In this document: positions 35,751 through 46,779 of the stretch, piece after piece
Layout: every line of letters begins with the position of its first letter
Numbering within the stretch: the stretch's first letter is position 1
Source: Mustelus asterias
Taxonomy: Eukaryota
DNA: 64,000 nt
NCBI RefSeq assembly: GCF_964213995.1
Contig: NC_135830.1
Span: forward strand, 10,664,001 to 10,728,000
Reading direction: 5' to 3'
Notes under the pieces: model-generated
Database searches by the model: none
What the model saw: only the letters and a program-made list of their open reading frames with translations
Told to the model about the DNA's origin: nothing
Translations under genes and position numbers: made by a program

Positions 35751-36184
35751 GAACTAGGTCACCTTATCAAACATTGCCTACTCTTTCTCCGTTCATGGAC
35801 AAGAGAATATCTTTTTTGGCAACATGGTGGCACTGTTGCCTCAGTACCCCAGTCAACCGCCGGCAACTCCACTTCATGTTCTTCCACAGGCAGTGGATGA
35901 TATCAGCTTCTCCAGAGGGTTCTGGTCTGGCCCTTTGTGCTTTCCGACATTGTGTTTCTTGACGCTGAGATGTGGACATTCTAAAGTTCTCGAGTTCAGC
36001 TCCGAGATCTGAGTTGGTAACAGACCATAATCAAGTTGAGAGGGAACATAATTAACGACCTTCATGTGGGCTCAGAAGAACTTCTCTGAATCGGTACAGT
36101 AGACAGTTAAACTCTCCTTTTGCTCAAACATCATCGACTCATCAGATCTACTCCCCCACGCAGCCATGGGCCACCATCCACACT

Positions 36185-36490
36185 CAATAGGGAAATGCAC
36201 AAAAGGCTACCTAATCAGAAAAGAGGCCATAGTGTTGGCGGTATTATATCATCATGGATAGACAATGGGCTAACTAATAAAATACAGAACATTTGGATCC
36301 GGGGAGCATTTACAAGATGGCAAACTGTAACTACTGGAGTGCCACGAGAACCGCTGCTGGGATCAGCATTATTGATGATATATGGAAATGAGGTAAACAA
36401 GATAGTTGAATGTACAATAGTCAGGTTTGCGGATCGAACAAAATAGGTGGGAAGGCAAGTGATGAGAATTTTGCAAAAAATCTGCAGAGG
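36185..36490 (+). repeat. near-identical copy of the decayed CR1 fragment at ~46973-47270
   Basis: NREMHKRL...GAFTRWQTVT.GVP.EPLLGSALLMIYGNEVNKIVEC.IVRFADRTK* shared, including idiosyncratic lesions. Confidence 0.85.
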
Positions 36491-36782
36491 ATGGTCTTGC
36501 AAAATCTCACTAACTGTCCTGTCTGGAGACAATACACATCTCTTTAACCTGTGTTTAACACACTCTCCCCTCACATCGTCTGACCTTTAAGACTTGATTA
36601 CCTGTAAAGACTCGCATTCCAACCATTATTTTGTAAATTGAGTTTGTGTCTTTATATGCCCTGTTTGTGAATAGAACTCCCACTTACCTGATGAAGGGAA
36701 GAACCACGAGAAAGCTAGTGGTTTTTGCTACCAAATAAACATGTTGGACTTTAACCTGGTGTTGTGAGACTTCTTACTGTGA
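36490..36782 (+). mobile_element. Penelope-like 3' UTR/terminal repeat
   Basis: Same family as 21878-22160 in the opposite orientation; CTGATGA...GAAAGCTAGTG...GGACTTTAACCTGGTGTTGTGAGACTTCTTACTGTG. Confidence 0.8.
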
Positions 36783-37923
36783 AGAATATGAAGACATGGA
36801 CGTGGACAGAAAGTTCAGGGCGGGAAGGTTTGAAGGTCACTGATCGATCCCTGGCGTTATGTTCAGTGAGTTCAGGGGGACGTAATCAGAGGGAATGGAG
36901 CAGGGAGAGAGGATCCCTGGAGTGATGTTGAGTGAGTTCATGTGGATGGTGTCAGAGGGAATATTATTTGCTGGGGATGGTGCATAATATAAAAATGAAT
37001 CAGAAGGATAGGTACAAAATTGGTACAAATTGGAGAACTTGAACACTGTGTGTTCACCACAAAGTGGAGCGTGTGCGTTTCTAACATTCAGAGAGGCAAA
37101 AATGCATACTTGTTTGTTGGAAAACTCAAGAAAATCCACAAAAATTTAAGCCGGAGTCTCTGTATCAGGATAAACACCATTCTCTCGGAACATTTTCCTT
37201 GTTTTTTGCTTAGTTTTTATTTCAGTTGAATCTTCGCATCTGGGAATTTCCGCGTTTGTTCCCCTAGTTTAACTTACAAACTCAAACTCTGGCAATCATT
37301 TGTAAATTTGTACTTGATTCGTGCGATTGACGCCTCGGTCTCTCGGTATTATTCCATGTTATTTACAATACTGTCCTCTCTTTGTTTTATATCTAGACTG
37401 TGGCGTATCTGCATTGGTAATGTTTAATTGGACAGTAGGGAGGGAGATTTACTCTGATAATCTGTCCTGCAGCGAAACTTGTAGTGTTTGGTGGGATAGT
37501 GTCAAGGAAGTTTTCCTCTCCATGTACTGTGCTCTTTCGGCCTCTGATGAAGCAGACTATTTATTATCTAGAATTACCTGGCGGTCGGCAATGACAGACC
37601 AGTTTATGAGTAAAATCGCCGAGTTTATACACGCTGTTGAATTATTCTGACTCGAGTTTATTGTGAAAACGCAGAGGTGAAGCTGTCTTTACTCAGAGAA
37701 TTCACTGGGTGGCGCAGTGACTCTTTCGCTCCAGGGCCTTGAGTTCAAACACATCCCAGACAGGACTGGGGTAAATACCAATTTTGGAAAGGGGGAGAAC
37801 CTTGTAATAGGGAAAATGTAGCGGTGCTGATGAGATTTGGATACAGGAGTTAAGCAAGGTCCTACCTTGTTCATTTTTCATTCAAAATATATTAATAATT
37901 CAAGAGAGTATTTTACAGAAAAG

Positions 37924-37929
37924 TTTATT
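37924..37929 (-). terminator. candidate polyadenylation signal of membrane IgM mRNA
   Basis: AATAAA on the minus strand ~420 nt after the TM2 stop. Confidence 0.55.
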
Positions 37930-38347
37930 TTAAACTTCACAAAAGTGAATATAATGATTGAGCTTCACACTGAGAACAGAACCCATGGGCTCTGAGCTTC
38001 CAAGTATATGTACAACTGTAAGAGACACCAGAAAGGGAAAACAGGAGCTCAACATAAAAAAAGGAAAAAACTATGAATCAGAGATTGCGAATAAGGAATA
38101 AGAAACGTCGCTTTTGTACACATGGAATTCAAGGGAAACCACCAGCTAAAATTATTGTAGAGCACAAATCGCCAATTTCAAACTGGAAGAGTGAAATATC
38201 GAGAACGACTGTCTCAGTAACAGATTCAGAATGATAACCTGAGAGAATTTTGCTTTCCGAGTCAAAGAGCGCAGATACTGTGTTGGTGCCACGCAGATAA
38301 CTTAATAATCTGGTGAGGGGAATCTACAGCGTCCAAAGTTCACTCCA

Positions 38348-38356
38348 TCACTTGAT
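38348..38356 (-). CDS. IGHM: IgM TM2 exon (IK*)
   Basis: ctctcttttacag|ATC AAG TGA, 130 nt downstream of the TM1 donor. Confidence 0.88.
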   Translation of the reverse strand: MK

Positions 38357-38486
38357 CTGTAAAAGAGAGACACAATAATGAAGCCGATGTTTTTGAGCTG
38401 GGACATTAATGTTAGTGTTTTTAATCAGTGAAATATTGAGAGATTTTTCTGCCGGTTTGAAGTGTGAGTCCATTGAATCATCTCAC

Positions 38487-38614
38487 CTTCACCAGAGTGA
38501 CTGCAGCGCTGTAGGACATGCTCAGGAAGAACAGGACGATGAATGTGGAAGCGGTTGTCCAGATTTTGCCGTTATCATCCTCATTGGCTTCAATCCAGAT
38601 GTCGTCTGTGAAGT
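38487..38614 (-). CDS. IGHM: IgM TM1 exon
   Basis: ag|(D)FTDDIWIEANEDDNGKIWTTASTFIVLFFLSMSYSAAVTLVK|gtgaga; antigen-receptor TM motif, phase 1 acceptor, phase 0 donor. Confidence 0.95.
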
Positions 38615-39349
38615 CTAGGGGCCGGAGACAAGGAAATACATTTAGATTACTTGATTGATCTAGAGAATCCTATTGGTAATGTTATATGCCCTCTTCTCTT
38701 TCTTAAGCGATTAACTTATTTTCCAATTTATTTTTCAAAATATCTCAACTATTAAGCTAGTGATACTAAGTAACAGAACTCTGTCATTACCTTCACAACT
38801 GTTCTTCGTTTTTATTCATCAACGTGTGCCAGAAAACACTCAATTTTATTTTCGGTATCAGTTCATTTTCGAACAATTTTGCAGATCTCTTATTGAAGAA
38901 TATTATGATTGATATCGAGGAACGTTCACTGATCAATCATGATTTCTTTAACAAGTGTTTTCAGATCTTTAAACAGTGAATGTTGCTGTTTAAAGATGTG
39001 ATTTCTCATATTCTTTATTTATGTTGGAAATGTTCAGTACATCATTAGCTTCCAGACAGTTTCTCATTACGTACAGTGCTACAGTGTGTTTGTGGATTGA
39101 TTGTATTTTAGGGACAGTTGTCGGAGGATATTTGCATTGAAAAGGTTATGTTTCAAATTTACTTTCATTCATTGCCTACCATTTGTGGTTAAGATTTAGA
39201 ATTTATGTATGGGTGCATGAGCATCTCATGGCCTGCATTCCACTTTGTTTATGAGCTGCTATGTGCGTATGAGTGTTAATATGCATATTCATGTGCCTGT
39301 GGTTTTGATTCGTGCATTCGTGTGCCTGCGTCTCTGTATATATACTTAT

Positions 39350-41560
39350 TTTAATTTGATTTAATTTATTATTGTCACATGTATACAGTGAAAAGAAATG
39401 TTTCTTGCGCGCTATACAGAGAAAAACATACCGTTTATAGAGAAGGAAACGAAAGAGTGCAGAATGTATTGTTACAGCCATAGCTAGGTTGTAGACAACG
39501 ATCAATTTAATGCAAGGTAGGTCCATTCAAAAGTCTGACAGCAGCAGGGAAGAAGGTATTCTTGCGTTGGTTGGTACGTAACCTCAGACTTTTGTATCGT
39601 TTTCCCGAAAGAAGAAGGTGGAAGAGAGAATGTCCGGGGTGCGTGGGGTCCTTAATTACTCTGGCTGCTTTCTGAGTCAGCGGGAAGAGTAGACAGAGTG
39701 AATGGAAAGGAGGCTGGTTTTTGTGATGGATTGGGCAACATTCACGACCTTTTGTAGTTTCTTGCGGTCTTGCGCAGAGCAGGAACCATACCAAGCTGTG
39801 ATACAACCAGAAAGAATGCTTTCTATGATGCATATGTGAAAGTTGGTGAGAACCGTAGCTGACATACCAAATTTCCTTAGTCATCTGAGACAGTAGAGGG
39901 GTTGTGGGTTTTCTTAACTATAGTGCCGGCATAGGGAGACCAGGACAGGTTGTTGGTGATCTGGATACCTTCAAACGTGAGGCTCTTGACACTTTCTACT
40001 TCGCCCCCTTTGATGTAGACAGGGGCATGTTCTCCTTTACGCTTCCTGAAGTCGATGACAATTTCCTTCATTTTGTTGACATTGAGGGAGAGATTATTGT
40101 TGCCGCACCAGTTCAACAGATTCTCTATCATTCCTCTATCTCATCATTGTTTGAGATCCGAGCCACTGCGATGGTGTCCTCGAAAATCGAATTGGAGGGA
40201 ATTTTGGCTGCACAGTCATAGGTGTATAAGATGTAGAGTCGGGGGCTGAGAACACAGCCTTGTTGGGCAACGGTGTTGACGATGATCATGGAGGAGGTGT
40301 TGTTGCTATCCTTACTGATGGTGGTCTGTGAGTTACGAAGTTCAGGATCCAGTCGCAGAGGGAGGTGCTGAGGCCCAGGCCACTGAGTTTGGAGATGTGT
40401 TTCGTGGGTATAATCGTGTTGAAGGTTCAGCTGTAGTCAATAAATAGGAGTCTGACATAGGTGTCCTTGTTTTCTAGATGTTCCAGGATTGAGTGCAGGG
40501 CCATGGAAATGGCATCTGCTGTGGACCTCTGGCGGCGGTAGGGAAACTGTAGTGGATCCAGGTAGTCCGGGAGGTTGGAATTGATTCGTGCCATGACTGA
40601 CCTTTCGGACCAATTCATAATGATGGATGTCAGAGCCACCGGTGATAGTCATTAAGGCACGCTGCTTGGTTTTTCTTAGGTACCGGGATGATGGTCGTCT
40701 TCTTGAAGCAGATACGGACCTCAGATTGTTGTAAAGAGAGGTTGAAAATGTCTGTAAATACCCCCGCCAGCTGATCTGCACATGATCTGAGTGCTCGTCC
40801 GGGTACCCCATTCGGGCCAGTTGCTTTCCATGGGTTGACCTTCAAGAAACCGCCTTGACATCTGCAATTGTGACCCCAGATATAGGTTCATCCAGGGCTT
40901 CCAGGGTGGAGGACATGCTCTCGCTGACCTCTTGCTGAAAGCGGGCGTAGAATGCATTGAGATCATCAGGGAGAGCTGCGTTGGTGCCAGCGATTTTACA
41001 TGCCTTCATCTTGTTGCCTGTTATGCCTTGCAGATCTTGCCATAGTCGGCGGGGTCGGTTTGGCTAGCCTGGGACTCTAGCTTGATCCGGTATTGTCTTT
41101 TGGCATCTTTGATGGATCTCATTAGATCATATCTGGCTTTCTTGTATAGGTCAGTGTCGCCTGACCTGGACGCCTCAGACCTGGACTTCAGCAAGCAGTG
41201 AATATGCCTGTTCATCCATGGTTTCCAGTTGGGGGACACACGGATTTGCTTCGTTGGCATACAGTCTTCTACACACTTACTAATGAAGCCAGTTACGGTC
41301 GTGGCGTACTCGTTCAGGCTGGTCGCAGAGTTTTTAAATACTGACCAGTCCACTGACTTCAAGCAGCCCCGTAGAAGATCATTCCATTCCTCAGACCAAC
41401 ATTGCACGAGTTTCTTTGATGGATTTTCCCGCTTCAGTTTTTGCTTGTAAGTCGGGAGCAGGAGCACAGCCTTATGGTCTGAATTGCCAAAGTGTGGGCG
41501 GGCGATAGAGCAGTAGGTATGTTTGATATGTGTGTACCGGTGGTGCAGGATGTTCGGGCC
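39350..41560 (-). mobile_element. Rex1/Babar-clade LINE, 5'-truncated and decayed
   Basis: [71 protein letters not shown]. Confidence 0.9.
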
Positions 41561-41747
41561 TCTGGTCGAACGAATATCCGAATGACAGACGAATAGTATA
41601 TTCGTCTGTCATTATGTTTGTATGACTGCATTATTATGTGAAATCTATGCTTATAATGACAGTAGGATATGCTATTCGTCTGTCATTATGTTTGTGTGAA
41701 GTCTATGCTTATTTATTAAAGACACTCTTATTGCGTGTGTATGCGTT

Positions 41748-42620
41748 TTCAAGTTTGCTGATGACACCACAGTAGTGGGTCGGATCTCAAACAATGACGA
41801 GATAGAGGAATGATAGAGTACAGGAATGAGATAGAGAATCTTGATAACTAGTGCGACGCCAATAACCCTCCCTCAATGTCAACAAAACGAAGGATATTGT
41901 CATCGGCTTCAGGAGGCATATTGGAGAACATGCCCTGTCTACATCAAAGGGGAGGAAGTAGAAATGGTCGAGAGCTTCATATCTTTAGCTGCACATATCA
42001 CCAGCAACCTGTTCTGGTCCCCGCATGCCTACACTATAGTTACGAAAGCCCACCAACCCCTCTACTTTCTCAGAAGACTAAGGAAATTTGGCATGCCAGC
42101 AATGACTCTCACCAAATTTTACAGATGCACCATAGGAAGCATTCCTTCTGGTTGTATCACAGCTTGGCATGGCTCCAGCTCTGCCCAAGACCGCAGTTAA
42201 CTACAAAAGGTCATAAATGTAGCCCAATCCATCATGAAAACCAGCCTCCTTTCCATTCACTATGTCTACACTTCCCGCTGTCTCGGAAAGCAGCCAGCAT
42301 AATTAACGACCCCAAGCACCCCGGACATTCCCTCTTCCACCTTTCTCCGTCGGAGGAAAGATAGAGAAGTCTGTGGTCGCATACCAACCGACCCAAGAAC
42401 AGCTTCTTCCCTGCTGCCATCAGAGTTTTGAATGGACGTATCGCGCATTAAGTTGATCTTCAGCTGCACATTGGCTGTAACTGTAACAGTACATTCTGCA
42501 CTCTCTCGTTTCCTTCTCCATGAAAGGTATGCTTTTTCTGTAGAGGGCGCAAGAAACAATACTTTTCACTGTATCCCAATGCATGTGACAATAATATTAA
42601 ACCAAGCAAATCAAATCAAA
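41748..42620 (+). mobile_element. Rex1/Babar-clade LINE 3' fragment, inverted relative to the previous copy
   Basis: KFADDTTVVGRISNNDE, LYFLRRLRKFGM..LTKFYRCTI, (CAAAT)n tail. Confidence 0.9.
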
Positions 42621-42839
42621 TGCCTTGATCCTTCTTTTTTGTGTTCTACCTATCCATCAGGCTCTTAATATTCGTCTTGTTTTCTTTGTGTCTCTTTGTC
42701 TGTTTCTGTGTGACTATCTGTTAATGTGTTCGTGTATGGATTTAAATTTTGATAGTTCTTTATAACTTTGTGCTGATGGATGTTTAAGTCTCCATGCGTA
42801 CTAATGTGTGTGATGGTGTTCTGTTCTGTTTGAGGATGT

Positions 42840-43800
42840 AAATGATTGCATCTGCATGTGTGCGTGTGTATGTTTTTCTGTCTATTCATCTGTGTGTTTC
42901 TGTGCCCGTGTGTTGTCTGATAATGTGCTATTGTATGTGTCCATGTATGTGTGTTAATGTGTATGACATTGCGTGTCTTTATGTCTATGTTTCTGCCATC
43001 GTGAACGTGTGCCCTTACATATGAATTTATTTGTGCGCGTGTGTATGGAATTTATATGTGCGCATGTGTATGTGCCTGTATGTGTGCTTGTCTGTTCGTA
43101 TCTATGTATTTGTGTGCATGCTTTTGTGTGTGTATGTGCATGTACGTGTATGTATGCATGTACTGGCGTGTGTGTGTATTAATATGCGCATGTGCTTATT
43201 TGAGTGTGTGTATGTTTTATATATGTTTGCGCATGTATATGTCTATGTGTGCATTTCTGTATGTGTGTGTGAATGTGTGCATGAATGTGTGTGTGTGTGT
43301 AGTTGTGTGCATTCAGAGTGCGTGTGAATGTATGTGTGCCTATGTATTGTGCCTGTTTTTTTGTGCATGCGTGTTTTTGTGGGCATGTGTTTTTGTGTTT
43401 GCCTGTGTATGTGTTTGTGCATGACTATTAGTGTGAGCATGTTTGTTTCTCTGTAAGTGTGTTCATTAATGTTTGTTTTGCGTGTACGTTTGGTGTGTAA
43501 AAGTGTTTTTTATTTGTGTGTATGCACGTACGTGTTCGTGTATTTGTGTGTGCCTCTCTGTAATTGTATACATGTGCGTATATGATTGGGTGTGTGTATG
43601 CTCGTGTTTGTGTCAATGTGTGTATTTGCATGAGTATTTGTGTATTTGTGTGAATATGTGCGAGCATGTGTATTTGTGTATGTATTTGTGCCTTTGTGTT
43701 TATGTGTGTTGTGTGTGTGTATGTGTGTCGATGTGTATATGTGTGTGGATGTGCGAGCCGATGCGCATATTTGTAATGGTGTCAGTTTTGTGTGTTTTCT
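42840..43800. repeat. degenerate (TG)n/(TGTA)n low-complexity block
   Basis: Alternating TG/TA/CA dinucleotides. Confidence 0.9.
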
Positions 43801-44152
43801 TATTGCTGTTCCAAGTTTCACGGGTAACCATTAATCAAGCCTGACCCGGACAATAAAAATTATGGATAATATTTCCAATGTTTGTGGCTAATGTCTTTTA
43901 TGTGAGCGACAAGGTGACATCAGATGAGTGAATGCAATAATTCATTGATGCGTCTCAGAATACTCATGGAGAAAACTGTAAAAACCGGAGAGAATTCAAT
44001 CGTTGGTTTAAATTTGGGTTGTGAGAAATCAATCCCAGCATATGACTAACAGGAGCAAGAGTGTTGAAAGATTTTTAAGTTTTGGATAAATATATATTTT
44101 ATGAAATGTTTCACAAAATGGAAGTTTAAACTCTGCGGCCAATAATCCAGAG

Positions 44153-45535
44153 GTCCATAAGACCATAAGACCTAGTAGCAGAATTAGGCCACTCGGCCCA
44201 TCGAGTCTGCTCAGCCATTCAATCATGGCTGATCGTTTTCTCATCCCCATTCTCCTGTCTTTTCCCCATAACCCCTGGCCCCCTTATTAATCAAGAAACT
44301 ATCTATTTTTGTCTTAAAGACACTCAATGACCTGGCCTCCACAGCCTTCTGCGGCAAAGAGTTCCATAGATTCACCACTTCTGGCTGAAGAAATTAGTCC
44401 TCATCTATGGTTCTATGGTTCTCTGTTTTAAAGGATCGTCCCTTTAGCCTGAGGTTTAGCCATCTGGTTCTAGTTTTTCCTACGAGTGGAAACATCCTCA
44501 CCACAAACACTCTATCCAGGCCTCGCAGTATCCTGTAAGTTTCAATAAGATCCCCCCCTCATCCTTCTAAGCTCCAACAAGTATTAACCTAGAGTCCTCA
44601 ACCGTTCCTCATACGACACGCTCTCCATTCCAGGGATAATTTTGTGAACCTCCTCTGGACCCTTTTCAAGGTCAGCACATCCTTCCTTAGATATGAGGCC
44701 CAAAACGGCTCACAATACTCCAAATGGTGTCTGACCAGAGCATTATGCAGCCTCAGAAATACATCCCTGTTCTTGTATTCTGGCTCTCTCGACATGAATG
44801 CTAACATTGCATTTGCCTTCCTAATTGCCGACTGAAGCTGCACATCAACCTCACAAGAATGTTGAAAAATGACACCCAAGTCCCTTTGTGTTTCTGATTT
44901 CCTAAGCATTTTCCGATTTAGAAAATAGTGTATGCCTCCATCCCTCCTTTCAAAATACATAACCTCACACTTTTCCACATTGTATTCCATCTGCCACTTC
45001 TTTGCCCACTCTCCTAACCTGTCCGAGTCCTTCTGCAGCCCCCCTGCTTCCTCAATACTACCTGTCCCTCTATATATCTTCGTATCATCTGCAAACTGAG
45101 CAACAGTGCCTTCAGTTCCTTCTTCCAAATCGTTAATGTATATCGTGAAATGTTGTGGTCCCAGCACCGACCCGTGAGGCACACCACTAGTCACCGGTTG
45201 ACATCCTGAAAAAGACCCCTTTACCCCCAACTCTCTGCCTTCTGCCAGTCAACCAATCCTCTATCCATGCCAGGATCTTACCCTTAACACCATGGGCAAT
45301 TAACTTCTTTAACAGTCTCCTATGCAGCACCATGTCAAAGGCCTTCTGGGAATCTAAACAAATCATATATACTTGTTCTCCTTTATCTAACGTCCTTGTT
45401 ACATCCTCAAAGTACTCTAGCAGATTTGACAGACATGACTTCCCCTTGACAAAGCCGTGCTGACTCAGTCCTACGTTATCATGCACTTCCAAATACTCTG
45501 CGATCTCATCTTTAATAATGGACTCTAAAATCCCG
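44153..45535 (-). mobile_element. CR1 LINE, 5'-truncated
   Basis: QHGFVKGKSCL, SGVPHGSVLGP, QFADDTK; (TCTTATGG)n tail. Confidence 0.93.
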
Positions 45536-45711
45536 GAAATAAAAGTCAATTTCTACTGATGGCAACTGAGTTCTTATCGGAAATGCCCTTCCGAATGCAC
45601 TGTCTGAGGAGAGGGAAATAGTGAGCTCATAGTTTGCTCTGTTTCGCCGGTAATTACCCTTTTGGATCTATCCGCAGAGGAATTGGAGCCACAGTGGGTT
45701 ACGTTTGTGGC

Positions 45712-46030
45712 TCCACGGTGGCACAGTGATTAGCACTGCTGCTTCACAGCGCCAGGGACGTGGGTTCGATTACCGGTTTGGGTCACTGTCTGTGCGGGTT
45801 CTGCAGGTTTCCCCGTGTCTGCGTGCGTTTCCTCCGGGTGCTCTGATTTCCTTCCACAGTCCAAAGATATGCAGGCTAGGTGGATTGGCGATGCTAAATT
45901 GCCCCTAAGTGTCAGGGGACTAGCTAGGGTAAATGCATGGGATGAAGGGGATTGGGTCTGGGTGGGACTGTGGTCGGTGCAGACTCGATGGGCCGAACGG
46001 CCTCCTTCTGCACGACAGGATTCCATGACT
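45712..46030 (+). mobile_element. HE1-like SINE
   Basis: Same head, V-domain and tail as 22827-23156. Confidence 0.9.
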
Positions 46031-46265
46031 CTCTATAATCGCATTCCTCGTCTTTTCATTGAGGCAAGTGGGGTTCGGTGCGTGAGTTAATGGACCTCCA
46101 CCTCTGTTTCGACAGTGTGTATCTGAACGGGGATCGCTGGTTACCAAGAATTGGGAGCGAGACCTGTAAATATGAGACCCAAACCAAAGATACCTAACGT
46201 AAGTAAAACAGGAAAACAATCAACTAAGCGATTGGGTATTTCATTCATCGTTGGAGAAAAAAGCT

Positions 46266-46280
46266 TTTATTACTTTTATT
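46266..46280 (-). terminator. tandem AATAAA polyadenylation signals of secretory IgM mRNA
   Basis: TTTATT at 46266-46271 and 46275-46280, ~30 nt after the secretory-tail stop. Confidence 0.8.
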
Positions 46281-46307
46281 GAAGTTCTGAATGTAACCGA
46301 GTGATTC

Positions 46308-46699
46308 TCAATGACAGGAATTAACGGTGTCCATCAGTGCAAGAGAAATGTTCACAAAACTGGGTTTCCCACTGGATTTATCAACCGTTCTGTTGATGAT
46401 CTTCAAGGGGATAGCTTCATGTCCCACCACACAGGAGTAAGAAGCGCCGCTGGCCCACTCCAACGCTGCAATGGATAACAGACTGTACATGAAGAAGGAG
46501 CTATTGCCGTTCTCCGCCATCACCTTCGTGTTACTGTAGTTCCCGGGATTCACCGGCTTGTCTTTGAAGGTCCACTTGACGAAGATCTCTCGGGGGGAGA
46601 AACCTCTCACTAAGCAGGAGAGGGAGACTATTTTTTGAGCGGAGACTTCTTCTGCCAAGGGCATGAGGACAGAAACGGACGGTTCCCGCGGATTTGGAT
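46308..46699 (-). CDS. IGHM: IgM Cmu4 exon plus secretory tailpiece
   Basis: cag|[43 protein letters not shown]...[43 protein letters not shown]; NIS sequon and penultimate Cys. Confidence 0.97.
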
Positions 46700-46779
46700 C
46701 TGCTGAAAATATATAATAAATGTCAATAAAGTGGAGAGTTCCAGATACAATTCAACGGTAGACCAGAGGCGAGGGGAAT

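Noticed and set aside
42842-43844. Cys/Val-rich and His/Thr-rich ORFs
   Set aside because: Translations of TG/CA microsatellite
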